A stretch of 64,000 nucleotides of DNA from the human T2T-CHM13v2.0 reference genome, Homo sapiens, in the NCBI RefSeq assembly GCF_009914755.1, contig NC_060940.1; one strand, written 5' to 3'. Within the stretch, counting starts at the first letter, position 1, and each line of letters opens with the position of its first letter. Shown here one piece after another: positions 26,501 to 45,663 of this stretch. Below the pieces are notes generated by a model. That model saw only the letters and a program-made list of their open reading frames with translations, did no database searches and was not told the origin of the DNA. The position numbers and the translations under genes were made by a program.

Positions 26501-29500
26501 TGAGGGCATTGGGGGTGGGGTAGAGAGAGAGACAGAGAAATTCCACAGAGTGGAGCTGTGCTGAAATGGCCAGCCCCTGTATCCTCTTGGAGAAGCTCCT
26601 TCAAGTGCTGAAAATTCTGCATTTCATTTTAATAAAGGAGGTGAAATTCCCAATGTAGTGGCACACACAACCCCATTTAATTATATAATAGATCATGTTA
26701 TTTTTCACACTTGAGTATTTTTACATGTTTTGCAAGCATTTTTCCAAATCCAGTTTCTACTACAGATTGTAACCCCTTTTGAGGAGGCAGATTTGTATTC
26801 TAATTCTTTTTGTATTCTTGCACAGAACGCATATTGCAAACTGCAGGGATTCAGTAAATCCTGATAACTAGCCAGTTTTAACTTGTAGATGAGACAGTTC
26901 TTTAAAGGTTACGAAAAACTTCAGCAAGTAGCAGCAGGAGCAGTCGTAAACTTTTTTCTTAAGGAATACATTTAGGGAAGGATGTGAAAATATTTCAGTT
27001 GTCTTGGTAGCATTATTCCTATGATTTCCACTTCTTAAAGAAGGTAACAATAGATGTAATTTAAGCGCTTTAGCTGCTGTCGTCATCTAATCTATTAAGC
27101 ACATAATTGTCCAGTATACCCTTTCTTTTTTTACATCCCTTGTGGATCATACCTGCTTCTTGTTTGGTTGTTTAGCATATTTTCATTGTTAGTTCAAATG
27201 CCAGTTTTCCTGCCCAGTCAAGTAAGGTGTAAAGCACAGAGGGAGCTGCATCTTTCAGGTGTCAAGACTTCTCTTTCTCTTTGGCTCTTTTGCTCCATTC
27301 TTTTTGGCCTCCATTTCTAGAGTGCACACCTGCCCTACAATTAGCATTTAATGGCAGCTGTGAGGCTCATAGTCTCAGACATTTGCAAGGACTCAAGACT
27401 GCAGCTGAAAGAAGCAGCAAGCATGCCAAAATTGATAGATTTCTCTTGCCTTAATGAAGATTACAGATGGAAATACTTTTTTGCGTGTGTGTGAACATGC
27501 TGGGATTTGAGGACTAATGCTATTAATCAATGTGTACTAAAACAGAAACAGTTGCAAATATGTAGTATAGAGTATCAATGGAATAGAAAACAAACCTTTA
27601 ACTAAGCCTGATTTTTTTTTAAAGTTGGAAAATGTTGCCAGCCTGTTTTGATGTAATTGAAAATGTTTAGAAGCTTTCCTGAAGAGTTGATTAATATATC
27701 AAAATCAGAAAAGGCAATTTTGAGTCTAATTTTGTTTGTTTACATTGTAATACAGGATTCTTGGCTTTGAAATTCTGCGGGGTGAAAAATGACTGTCAGT
27801 GTGAAACAAAGTAGTCTATTGAAAAGAACATTGTGTCTAAGTCTAATAGGGAACAGCTGATACCAGCCCAATGCATGATATCCAGAATTACAATATCTTA
27901 ATCAGTCTGAATAGTTCCTTACTGGTGAAGTAGAGTCCAGATTTGGCCAAGGGGGAGTCTTTGGCCCCTCACCTCTTAGTACAAGAACCCAAAATAGGGA
28001 GTTGGTGGGGAGTCACTCTGGTCCAGGGTGGAGGAACAAGGATAGTTTGGCCTCTTGATGAGCTGCAGACTAGAACATCTGCTGTGTGCACAAAGGTGGA
28101 AGCAAAGTCATGAAGGAAGGGCTAGCATGGCTCCTGTGGTAGGGCCTGGAAATCTTGATGATGCTCCAAGAAGCTTTTCCAATGACTTCTTGACTTTCTT
28201 AATGTGAATGAGCTAGATTATAATTATATTTGTAATTATATTTTGGCACTCAGCCTTTGGAGGAAGAAGTATTAGTTCCAGAAAACTTGCTGTGCAAGAA
28301 AAAAAAAAAAAAGGAAATTTTACCCAGAGTTTCTGCCTTCTTGGTTGAAACATGAGTATTCAAAGAGAAGTAAATGCCTGCTGTAGTGTGATTTCACTTC
28401 TTCCTCTTTCCTGGAAAGTTCCAATTTCATATATTTTCCCCATTATTTCATCACTGATAACTCCTAGAAACGACGATATTTTGGTGGTTGTACCTGCTAG
28501 ACTGTCTTTCAAATCTGGAAGCAACACAAAAAGTCTTTTATAGGATCATAGGTCTTGGTTTGGGGTTCAGAAACTAAGGTCACCACATGTAGGAGATAGA
28601 ACTGAAAAAACAAACCCCTAAAATCAACCTAATCTTCTACCCCTTTGGGTAGATACTAGAGTTTCCAGCCCAGATTGTGACACAGCCTCTGCTTGAATAT
28701 CTCCCCTAATAGATTGGAAACTCACTTATACCGGGGAAGGCATCTAATTATTAGTAAGCTTTGTATTTTTAATCAAACCTCTTTCCTATAGTCTCACTCA
28801 TCAGGAACAACAGAGAATGTTTTCTTATTTTTTTTGACAGTTCTTCAGATATGAAGATAGATATCTTCATATCTCTGAGTCTTCTCTCTCCCAGGCCAAG
28901 GTTTACCAAGCCCTTTAATCATGTCATTCATAATGAGATTTTCACCATTCCAGGGGTCTTAACACTATTTTAACTTTCATTTTCCTGGTCTAGCTTTTGT
29001 AGAATAAAACTGGAACCCTCTTCCCTTAAAAAAATTCATGATAATGCAGTTTAAGATTGTTTTAGTTCATTTTACAGCCACATATTACTATTGGTTTAGA
29101 CTAATCTTGTGGTCAATTGATGCCTCTTGGTCTATTTCAAATAAATGACTATCGTCACCCCCTTCTCCCCCCTTCCCCCCAATCCGTGCATATGATGCTT
29201 AGAATTGGTATATGGAACTTCATCTTCATACCTAATATATATATATTTTTGAATTCTGGCCTGCCATTCAAATCTCAGACTCTCATAAAATCTTGATTTT
29301 TTTTCATCTGATGTACTAGTTTTTCCAGTCAGCTGCAAATTAAGGTAGGTTTCTCATGTTTTTATAAGTGTTATCATCATCTTGTAAAAAAAAGGACACA
29401 ATTTTTAGTGAGACAGATCTCGAATTTTAATCCCAGCTTCATCACGTAACTGCTGTCTGATGTTAGCCACTTATTTAAACTCCCTGAACCCAGTTTTGCT

Positions 29501-30689
29501 CATCTCAAAGTGAAGATGATAATTTCTACCTCTTAGTTTTGTTGTGAGCATCTCCAATAGTGTTAGAGCAGAATACAGTGCCTATCACATGGTAGGTAAT
29601 GGTGATGATAGTAATAACAATAATAAAGATAAATGTTTTCTTGACTGGGAATCAGAATCAATTTTCTTGTTATCTTTCTTCTTTTCTGTCAGAGTTAATA
29701 TTTTGGATAAGGCCAAGGACAGAACACTGTAGCCACTAGAGACCATTCTCCAGGTTGACATTCACAAATTGACAAATGTTATTGAGCAAAAAATATTTAT
29801 TGAGCACATCTATGTTTTAGTACTCTTCTAGTGACTAGGAACTCAGTGGTAAAAAAGACAGCAAAGTCCCTGGCCTCATGGAGTTCACATTCAAAAGGCC
29901 AGGGCTACTGAATAACACAGGGACATAATTCACACAGAATTTGTTGGTTCTGCAAGAGGAGGAGAGAGACAAATTATGTGTATATGTACATATATACATA
30001 ATATATATAATATTGTATATAATACAATGTCAGATAGTGAGAAGAGCTAGAATATATAATATGATGTCAGATAATGACATGAACCATACAGAAAAAGAAA
30101 ACAAGGTATTCAGTGTATTTAGAGGGCAAATGCTATCTTATATCATACGGTTAAAGATCTCTTTAAGGAGGTGAAACTGAGGTAGACTCCTAATGGAGGG
30201 GGGCCATGAGCTGCGCAACTCTCTGAAGGAAAAGTGTTCTAATCAGAAGGACATTGATTCATAAATGTAAGCTTTTTTGGTATGAATGGTCAACCAGGTA
30301 TTTGTTCTCTTAAAAGCACTGTCTTATCCATCAGATCTCCAAGAATAGTAAGAGGCTTTGTAAATATGCTTACCCTAACTAGTCTAAACCACAGATGGAT
30401 CTGAGCTTGTCTGGGGATTCTGGGGAGGCACAGGGTTTGTATTCCCTTGCCCATGTGACGGCCTTTCTCTCTCTGGTGTTTCTCCTTGAGCAAGTGTGCA
30501 ACTTCATGGAACATAAAGTAAAGGAGGGGACCCATCACCCAGCCAGATCGAATGAATCAACCCTTGTGGCCCTTGGGGTGATGGGAGCCCCATCAAGGTT
30601 GCTCTCCCACCACTTACTGTACACATGACATCCTCACTGTCACCAGTCCTTAAAGCTACACACACAGGAAGGCATGTAGAATCTGTTAC

Positions 30690-31200
30690 TTTTCTTTAGT
30701 GAATACATCCTGGTTCCTCGTGATCACCACTTCCTTTTTAAGGGCTGACACACCATCTAGTCATACCCTGTTTCAAAATCAAGCGTGCAGATCTGTAGGT
30801 CACAGAATACACTTTCCTCCACCTCATTTTGAAAAATTAGAATACTAATTTCCTAGCTCTACACGTCTCTAGTACATGTCTCTAATACCTTGCCCCAGCA
30901 CCTTTTCAACTCTCTACGACCCTGTAAAGATTACTGACAGTGACTCTTAGATTTCATCTGCAAAGGCTCTTCATACTCCAGGACGTAATTTGTTTAGGCC
31001 TGGAGACAAAAACTCATTTAAAACAACAAGATGGTCTCCTGCTATCACCTTACCTATCTCATACTTCAGTTCCTTCTAAACTACATTTATTCAACTCTCC
31101 TGGGTTTAAAGATCATTGTCCCTGATAAAGAAGGTGGAAATACAACAGGAGTGGAGATATATGACTTTCTCTTTGTTATTTGTTAATGTTATATCTTCTG
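30690..31200 (-). mobile_element. CR1/L3-like fossil fragment (further pieces possibly at 28.65-29.8 kb)
   Basis: aagattactgacagtg...catctgcaa...ggcctggagac...actcattta resembles L3; highly diverged. Confidence 0.4.
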
Positions 31201-31554
31201 CCCCAAGCAGTGAGTCTGTGATTTTTAGGTTTATCTTTTTACTTTGATTGTAGCTGATAAGAGGGATGTGTGTTTGTGTGTGTGTGCATGCGTATGTTTC
31301 TGAGTTTGCGGATGAAGGCTTAAGCATATTTCACTTCAACTTACTGAGGGATGAATTCTCCCATCTTGTTGATTCAGTTCAATACATATTTTCCCTTGCT
31401 TCAGTTTGTGGCTTTACATGAAGGCTCTATAACCACACCATCCATGGTCAAATCCTGGCGGTTCACTTCCTATAGCATGGGCAAGTTAGTTCACTTCCAT
31501 GAACCTGAGTTGGCCTTATCTATAAAATGGAGGTAATAATACTTAAGGACTTGA

Positions 31555-31861
31555 GGCCAGGCACGATTGCTCACACCTGTAATCCCAGCACTCTGGGAGG
31601 CTGAGGCAGGTGGATCACCTGAGGTCAGTAGCTCAAGGCCAGCCTGGCCAACATGGCGAAATGCGGTCTGTAGTAAAAATACAAAAATTAGCCAAGTTTG
31701 GTGCCGTGCGCCTGTAGTCCCAGCTAGTCAGGAGGCTGAGACATAAGAATCATTTGAACCCGGGAGGCAGAGGTTGCAGTGAGCCGAGATCGTGCCACTG
31801 CACTCTAGCCCGGATGACAAAAGGAGACTCTGACTCCAAAAAAAAAAAAAAAAAAAAAAAA
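31555..31861 (+). mobile_element. Alu (AluSx/Sz-like) inserted in a MIR
   Basis: Alu dimer with a long A tail; MIR sequence on both sides. Confidence 0.93.
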
Positions 31862-32621
31862 TTTAAAAGTAAATGATTGAATGTACATAAAGGGCTTAGA
31901 AGAGTGTCTGGCACATAGTAAGTGCTAATCACCACCACCATCATCATTTTTTAATGTATTCCTATCATCTTTCATATGTATATTTCAGAGGTCTTCCTGG
32001 TCAGCCACAGTTTGTCTTATGGTTAGGACACACTTAATCCAATTGTTTGTATATTCTATCTCTGTGTATTTAGGCCCAAACAGTGAGCATTGATGTAAAT
32101 GATGATGTGAGGCTCTCAAAGAGCATAAATCATCAAAGAAATATGAAATTGCATTTAATGTACTCATGGCGGGAGCAAAGTGAATGGATGCATTTTACAA
32201 AGGCTCTCAGCCAAGTCTGGTTTGAAACAGAACAGAGACTTTACAATATTCTTGCTCTAACTAATAGAAGCCATAAATAGATCTGAGCTTGTCTGGGGGG
32301 CTCTGGAAGGCATAGATGAAAGAATTGTCTTCTTAATCAGAGAACCCAAATAAGCAACATACCCATTTTCAAGCGTTCTGGCTTAGTTCGAGTGCTTAAG
32401 GAAAAACTTACCTTTGTCCCACATAAGGCCAAACAAATCTATAAAACCTCATGGGAATCCTAAAATTTTGTTTCATATCTGTATTACAAGGTAAATTTGA
32501 ATCACTTAGGGAATCCTCAGCTTATCGACCTTTGGACCATATGATAGCTGTTGGTGGGACATTTGATAGAATTTAATTGGTTGCTGTATGGAGTGCCTGT
32601 GTACTTACGTTTTCGTAGTGA

Positions 32622-33066
<445 letters not shown>

Positions 33067-35019
33067 TAACTGTCTTTCTTGGACCTCTCCTATTTCCAGG
33101 ACACTGACATATGTCAGAAACTTACAGAAGCAGCCACAGCCTGTGTAGGGAGGGCCCTAGAGTACTGGAGGGATGCCTTGGACTGGTGGGTAAATGTGAC
33201 TAATTAAGGAGTATTAGCAAGTCCATTTGTTCTCAATTCTCCAGCGAAATTCTCTTAGTCTTATCAGTTATAATAATAAAGCTGATATTTTGATCTCTAT
33301 GTGTCTGTCTTCTGTGTCTTGTTTCTCGATAGGTTCTTAACTTGAGAAGGGAAGAGAGAGCTATTATTTATTGATCTGCTCGTACCTCAAATGGTGCAAA
33401 CAAGAAGAGTGAAGGTAAGCGATAGTCATTAGCTCCTTTCTTTACATGTAACCAAGATGTGAACCAAGACAGTCTGGACCAGTTGAACAATTTATCCCTA
33501 TGAGTCAATCAAAATCAAACATCACTGAGGCCATGCTCTGGAGAGGAAAATATGGATTTTTAGTGTCATAGATATTAACCATCAATCAGCTATTGGTTAT
33601 TTGGAAATTGTTGGTGTCTTTGTCCAGACTTTGCTGCCTATTTTGCAATGTAAGTAGTTCATGCTTGTTCTAGTTTTACCATTCACTCCAATTTATGGGT
33701 TGTGTATAATAACATTCTGCTGATCCTTGGTTTCCAACATGCTCAGGTTAACCATAATGATTCCAACTTCTGTTTCATGTCACTTCTTCGTGTGTTTACC
33801 CAAAACACACAGAGTTCTATTGGAAAGAAAGTAAAGCAAAGTGTAAAATCATGAGAGGAGTTCATTGCACCATGCTGGACTAATGTTTGGCCAAATTTAT
33901 GTCTTGGGGGTTGATTTGGAAACAATGCTTTCAATTCCCTTTTACCATATACGTCAGAAGAATTTCCTGTTAGATAATATGATGTTTTGACTTGGTTTCA
34001 ATATGTTCTAGTACAAATACCCAGGGACAAATTCTTCAGCTGAATACATCTGAGAGATGAATTGTTTAATTGATCTGACAGTCTTTAGGCAACCTGTGAA
34101 AAAAGGATCTGATTGACTTCCCTCTGGGAAAACCTGCCCTTTTTCCACCTTTCATCATAGTTAAGCAAACAGACAGACAAACAAACAAAACATAAATCTA
34201 GGAAGCTGTGATGAAAAAGGAGCTGCTGGCAGCATGCAGGCAGAGGCAAAAGCTAAACAGAGCTGATTGGAAAATGACTTTCTTTCTGTGGATAGAGTGT
34301 GAGGCTTTTTTATTACTTGGAAGATGGAGGAATCTCATTGGCTTGGGGAAAAGAGAAAGTTTGAGCAGGATCAAGAGCAGAGGTCATATAGATGGAAAGA
34401 AACGAAGGTAGGAAATGTCTAAAGTTTTGTCTGTGCAACAACCATCCAGTAGCTAGAGACATCCTTTGTCTCCTCTTAAGGAGTATAAACCAGGCTTAAA
34501 TCCTTTTTAAGCCAGAGAGAACTAGAGTAGACTGGAGGGTGGAAAGATAAACGATGGCCTGGATGTACAGGAGATGGCATATCGATGCAAATGACCCAAA
34601 AAATAGGGCCAGATTTAATAACTAGTTAATGAGCATAATTCAAACTAATTGACCAGAAGAGAAGACCCTGGATGCACTAGGCAGGACCTTCCAAGGGTAG
34701 AAGGAAATGAGCAGAGGAGACATTAGTTCTCAAGATGAAGAACCAGAGAGAACTCTGGTGGTGAGCCACAGAGTTAATGCCAGGAAAGCCTGAAGATAGT
34801 ATTCTTTGGGATGCAGATTAGGGATTGTTTTTTCCAGGGGCCAGATATCAGAGTTGAATCTAAATCAAAAATGAATGAAACATGTATTGATCAATTGCTT
34901 TGTGCCCATCACTGTGCTGGGTATTGAAGATAGAGTGGGGGCGGGGGGCAAGACAACCTAACTCCCGCCCTCCTGGGGCTTACAATTCAGAAGGAGGTGG
35001 AGCAAATTAAAAAGTTGTA

Positions 35020-35374
35020 GGCCAGGTGCAGTGGCTCATGCTTGTAATGTTAGTGCCTTAGGAGGCTGAGGAAGGAGGATCACTCGAGGCCAGGAATTTG
35101 AGACCAGCCTGGGCAACAGAGCAAGACATTGTCTGTACAAAAAATAAATACATAACATAAAAAATTAGCTGGGTATGATAGCGAGGGCCTGTAGTCCCAG
35201 CAACCTGGGAGGCTGAGGCCAGAAGATTGCTTAAGCCCAGGGATTTGAGGCTGCAGTGAGCTATGATTACATCACTGAACTCCAGCCTGGGCAACAGAGT
35301 GAGAGACCATCTCTAAGATTAATAGTAATAATAATAATAGTAATAATAATAATAATAGTAATAATAATAATAAA
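35020..35374 (+). mobile_element. AluJ with (AAT)n tail, inserted in L2-like sequence
   Basis: TSD taaaaagttg at 35008-35017 and 35375-35384. Confidence 0.92.
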
Positions 35375-37782
35375 TAAAAAGTTGCAAGTGCTAAGTGGTA
35401 CAGGGTATCATGGCAACACATAGGCCATACCTGACCCAGTAGCTGGGAGTGAGGTTAGGGGAATATTTCTGGAGGAAATTACGTCGAAGCTGAGAGCTGA
35501 AGGACAAGTTGGAGTTAGGCAATCAAGGAACAAGGAAGAACATTCCAGGCCAAGTGAGCAGGATGTGGGAAAGCCTGGGGGATAGGTGAGAAAGAGCTTC
35601 AGAGTTAAGGATTCAGAAATCTGAAAGCAGGTTAACACTACACTCCAGGCACTTTTTGCAGGTAGTGAGTTTGCATGAGTTTGAGTCTGTAGAAAAAAGT
35701 TCAAGTCTTGACAAAGTCACCAGGTGAACATTTCTTGATGTTTGTTCCTTGGGATGCAAGGGGTGGGGCAATACAATGGCATTGAGGGGGTCCCCAGGAC
35801 TTTGGTGGAGAACCCAGCAAGCCTGTCGGCAGGGAGGTCAGCGGGACGGTGGAGCAGGTTTTGTGTGATTCTCTGGATGCTTGGGCCGTGGCCAGTAGAC
35901 AACATGCTGCCAAGTTCAGAAGAAAAGAATCATACTGCATAGGAAAGTGAATCTTGCACATGGCCAGAAAAAGGAAAGACAATTTAGTTTTATATGTTAC
36001 ACTTTAATAATAGTCGTTTGGAACTTCATAATGAAATTTGTGAAAAAAGTTCATTTCCAGAAGAATAATCTCTAACTGGTATGCAATGCCGCAGTAGGAT
36101 TTGTCCAGGTTTTAATTTTAGTTTGAATAAATAATGTAAGATACTAGCCTGGGTGAGATAAAAGAAAATCTCTCTGCTTTCATCTCTCCATGATGGAAAT
36201 AATAACTACTTTATTTCAAAACAAGTTTCCAATTAGTTTCTGTGAAATATTATTATCCCCCTTTCCCAGATACTGTAGCTCATTTTGAAACTTAATTTTG
36301 ATAATATATAAACATTTCTGAAACTTACCCTACAGGAATGACAGTTATATTTGAAGGGAAGGACGCTGCTGGGCTGTAACTGTATTATTTGGGATGGTTC
36401 TAAATAATAGTAAAAATAATAAAAGGGAATCAGTCAAAGTGCAATCTCATTTCATGGCTATTTATGACCTAGCAAGGACTTATCTTCACCAAGAGCACAG
36501 ATGAAGCAAGGCCACTTTCTCCAAAGTTATTCAGTGGAATTTTTTCCTTTCAGCACTAGTTATGGGCTTTACTTAAGAATGTATATCATCTTCTTCCTAT
36601 TTACAGAGATGGTATTGTTTAAATATTTAATGAATTAAGCGTAATAGAACACCTACTGTGTGCCAGACGCGGCCTGGGGCTTGTGTGCTGGGATTGGCAC
36701 GGTCAATTAGGTAGATGTGACCTCTGCCTTTGGGGGACTTATAATCTAGAGGAGAGGGGCAGGAGTTAAAAATTTTCTCTGTCTCTGTCTCTCTTTCTCC
36801 CCTCCTCTCCCCACACACACAGTGATAGAAATAAGAGGTCTATGGTGGCTTGAGAACACATAATAGGAAGAGTCAGACTGATCAGACTGATTACACTGGA
36901 CAGGGAAAGGCTTTGATATGATTCGGTTGAGGTAAGGTATAGATTAGTTATGATACAAGCTAAGCTCTGTCACAAAGATGCTACATTGTCATGGCTTCAA
37001 TAAGATGTAAATTTCTTTCTCTTTTATATGACAGAGGTGAGCAGTTCAGGGTTGGTAGGCAGCTCTGCCATCTTCAACATCTGGCTTCCAATCCTACCTC
37101 TGTGGATATCATTTTGAGCCAGAAGGAGGGGAGAAAGAAATGGCTTTCAAGAGGTGACTTGGCAGCTGTACACATCATTGTTTCTTGGCCAGAATTTAGT
37201 CACATGACCACACCTAGCTACAAAGTAGGCCAGAAGATGTTGTTAGTGGTGATAGCTAGGTGCGTGGGAGTTCTATTTAAAAGGAAGATAAGAATGGATG
37301 CTGGTGGGCAGAGGGGACAGTCTTTGGCACAGAAATGAAGGATGAGTAAGAGTTAATTAGGCTGAAGTGAAGGGAGACAGAGGGGTAGCACATGGAAAGG
37401 CTGCATCACTGGAGGAAGTGTGGTGACCTTCGCTGAAAGTAGGTCACGGGCCTGGGTCATAGAGGTGGGCAGATTCAAGGTGAGCTGGGCATGAGCCAGA
37501 TTACGCTTAGCTTATGGCTCAGGGCAAAACGTTGGTCTTCATTCTAGAGCCAGTGAAGCCATTAGGGTTGAAAATGGAAGGAAGGGGACCCAAGAAAATT
37601 CTCTCTTTGAAGAGATCACCTATTACAGTGTGGAGAATGGATCAGAGGGCACAGTAGTCATACACCACATCAGGCACCATGCTAGGTGCTGGGAAATGGC
37701 AGCTGAGCAGGATAGACCCAATTTCTGACCTCCCAGAGTTTACATTCTGTGGGAGGGAGGGAGAAAGCTAAGGAAGATCTAG

Positions 37783-38263
<481 letters not shown>

Positions 38264-38267
38264 CAGC

Positions 38268-38760
38268 TTATTTTTCTTAATTGAAGTAAAATTCACATAA
38301 CATAAAATTAACCATTAACCACTTTAAAGTGTACAATTCAGTGGCATTAAGTGCATTCATATATTGTATAACCACCATCTCTATCTAGTTCCGAGACATT
38401 TCGTCACCCAGAAAGGAAAGCTCGTACCCATTATGCTCCATCATACTCCTACTCCCTGTCACTCAAACCCCTGGAAACTCATTAGCCTGCTTTCTATGTC
38501 CATGAACTTACATATTCTGGAGCTTTCATTTAAATGGAATTATGCAATATGTAACCCTTAGTGACTTGCTTCTTTCACGCAGCATGAGGTTTTTGTGGTT
38601 CATCTATGTTATAGCATGTATCGGTATTTTATCCTTTTTTATGGCTGAACAATATTCCATTGTATAGATAGACCATATTTTGTTTATCCATTCATTCATT
38701 GATGGACATTTGTACTGTTTCTGCCTTTTGGCTGTTGTGAATAGTGCTGTTGTAAACCTT
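38268..38760 (-). mobile_element. L1MB-like 3' end
   Basis: aaaattcacataacataaaattaacc...tttaaagtgtacaattcagtggcatt...tttatggctgaacaatattccattgtat...gatggacattt. Confidence 0.8.
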
Positions 38761-40879
38761 TGAGTCCACTTGCTTATTTTTTTCCCAAAGTAGGTTTTTT
38801 CATCCTATGTGTAAAAAACCAACAGGAGAGGAAACAAAAGATGAATTGAATTCTTCTATCCTCAGTTGTGTACCGTCACCCCCATCACCCTGACCCAAGT
38901 GCATCTACGGGCTCCAGGGTCCTGCCCTACTCCACTCAGGCTGTCACAGTTCTCTCCTGTTGCCTGCCCCACTTCTATTTTCCATGCCAGCTCTTCTGTT
39001 CTCCCAGTGGGATTTCCGTGGTCTCTGAAGGAAACTCCACACCTCTGCTTTTGCTTCCTGTCCTCTCACTCCTCTACCCATCACCCACACCTGGAAACCC
39101 CACCCCCATTCCTGGTTTTCCAGACTCCGTCATTCTTCATGATTGCCTTTCTTCAAAGTCAGCACAGTGTCATCATTCGAGGAAGGTGGGAACAGCATGA
39201 GGAAGTGAGGAGAAGGCTGTTGATGTGTGAGGAGGTCAGCTGGTTCATTCTTTCCTGTTCATCCATTCACTCATTGTTTTATTCATTTTTCCAACGAAGA
39301 TTTATTGAGCACTCACTCTAGATAAGAAACTAGTGCTAAAGCTTCAGACATGGATGCATGGCCTGGCTCTTGGAGTTCACAAGTGAGTCAGATGTCTAAA
39401 CAAAAAAGCCACAAGACAATACAGACTTTTAATAGGGATACAAACAAGGTATTGTTGGAGCTTGGACAAAGCAGGTGGGCAAGGGGTATTTGAGAAATTA
39501 CAAGGGCACTTTGTGGGAGAGGTTTTTCTATGCAAGTTTTCCCCTAGATCCTACCGAAATAAAGCCATACCTTTACCTTGTATTTTAAGCCAGGACATGA
39601 CCATTATCTGTGAATCATTCCAGATGGATAAACTGAGGCACAGAATACTCAGGCTCAAACCTTTAGTAATAAAGTGGTGATTTGACTGAAAAGTTGATTC
39701 CCTGATGTGTTCTTCATTTCCCAGCCCCCATAAGCTCACTTTTCTGTAATTGCAGGGTGCAATTCTCTGTTTTTCTTCCCTCAGTGCAAAAAGGCAGACT
39801 GGTGATGCTATTTTTCACATGAAGAAAACAAGGCAGGGGGAGTTTACTCAAGGCCACTTATCACTTTTATGGAGGAGCCAGAATCACAGCTCCTACCCTT
39901 TGAGTTTCCAGCTCGTTGCCTAGCTACCAAACCTCCCTACCTCTTCCACCAAGCAGCAGCTGAGCAGGCACTTAATAATAATAATTGATGGTGTTGGCTA
40001 ACAGGGAAAGTTCAGAGTGGTTCTGGGGAGTTTGTTTTCACATACCAATAAATTTTATTCTTCTATGGTCAATAACCTATATTAATTTGCTTTAGATAGC
40101 ACCCCTGTCTTACTTCACAGTGAAGCTTTCTTAGCTACATTGATGATTTCTCTTATTTTCTTTATCTCAACTATTCTTTCTTGGGGACTACAGTTGCTGT
40201 TTACAGTTATTACACATTTTAAAAAGGGGAAATTGATATAGTGTCTGTTCTAGGGCTTCCAAGACAAGAGCCTCATTATAACAATTTTAAGAAATAGAAT
40301 GAAATTCAGTGAAAGTTAAATACAGTTCTCCAGAAAGTAACACTTCTGCTTCTTAAAGTATTAGATTCATTTATTGATTGATTAATTAAGTTAAAAATAT
40401 TTGCACAACTAGATGTTCCAGACACTAACAGGAGTAAAAAGATAAATCTGTTTATCCTTTCAACTATGATATACCATGTTAATGCTGGGGATGCTGTGGT
40501 TTTCCTCATGTTGCGCACAGTCCAGCAGCAGTTGGATGACCTCACATGATCACACAAGTGGGCAATTGCAGCCTTCATATGCGTCTCACAGAAGAAGCAC
40601 ACAGAGCTGTGAGTGCCCCTGATTGGTGGATTTGACACAGTCAGGGAAGTCTTCCCAGAGGAAATGTTGCTCAAGTTGAGTTCTGATGAATGAGCAGGGG
40701 GAACCAGAAGAAGAGGGAAGGAAAAAGTATTCCAGGCAGAGGAAACACCTTCAAAGACCTGGTGGTAGGTGAGAACATGTGGAGTCCAGGAGCTATAAGA
40801 CTAGCATGGTTTGAATGAAGTTAGAGGTCGAGGGGAAGCTGGAGAGATAGGTAGAGGCCAGATCATGCACAGCATCAGG

Positions 40880-41361
40880 TACCTGTGCTACGCCGCATCA
40901 CTCCCACTCTAATTCCAGCCAAGGCTACGGTGAACAGTGCCACACCAGCTCCCATCAGCTTTATGCTGACCTTGTCCTGGAGCTTCTCTGGTTCCAGGCC
41001 TAGGCCTTTGCAGACCTGGCAGCCATATGTGAGCAACCCACACATACCAGGGTGTTAGTGTCCATGGAGCAACTCTCAACCATTGGTGGATGAAAGGCAG
41101 TGGGTGAATGCTTCTACCTTTTGTCTCTGGTGGACAGTTCTGAGACACATTCCCCATGGTACCTAAGAAATTCCTCACAGAATTGGTCATAGTTGCTCAC
41201 ACTGGTAATCAACTTATTCTTTCTTTCATTTCCTCCTTCTCTGTTCTACCCAGTTTCCATGATGCATGAACTCCTGCTCCCTGGTGTCATGTCCCAAATA
41301 AAACTATGTGCAGGCACACTTTTGTGACCTGCTGTTTTGGGGTAAGCCAGATAGAGATACA
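40880..41361 (+). mobile_element. LTR16-like ERVL solo LTR within L2
   Basis: ccatggagcaactctcaacca...tggacagttctgag...cccaaataaaact. Confidence 0.6.
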
Positions 41362-41427
41362 ATGTTAAAGAGTTTTGTCTTTGTCTTAAGAGCAATGGAA
41401 AATAATTGCATGTTTGGACAGGTGAAG

Positions 41428-41545
41428 TTCCTTCCTTCCTTCCTTCCTTCCTTCCTTCCTTCCTTCCTTCCTTCCTTCCTTCCTCCCTTCCTCCCTTCCT
41501 CCCTCCCTCCCTTCCTTCATTCCTTCCTTCCTTCTGTCTTTCTTT
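41428..41545. repeat. (TTCC)14 plus degenerate CT-rich repeat
   Basis: 14 uninterrupted TTCC units at 41428-41483. Confidence 0.95.
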
Positions 41546-41787
41546 CTTTTTCTTTTTTTTTTTGAAGATTTCTTTTTTTTTAAATTACACTTTAAGTGCT
41601 AGGATACATGTGCACAATGTGCAAGTTTGTTACCTATGTATATATGTGCCATGTTGGTGTGCTACACCCATTAACTCGTCATTTACATTAGGTATATCTC
41701 CTAATGCTTTCCCTCCCCCATCCCCCCACCCCACAACAGGCCCTGGTGTGTGATGTTCCCCTTCCTGTGTCCAAGTGTTCTTGTTGT

Positions 41788-45601
<3,814 letters not shown>

Positions 45602-45663
45602 TATGATGTTAGCTGGTTATTTTGCTCGTTACTTGATCAGTTTCTTCCTAGCTTTGATGGTCT

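Noticed and set aside
35895-35918. p53-like site (aacatgctgccaagtt)
   Set aside because: The half-sites overlap and mismatch the RRRCWWGYYY spacing.
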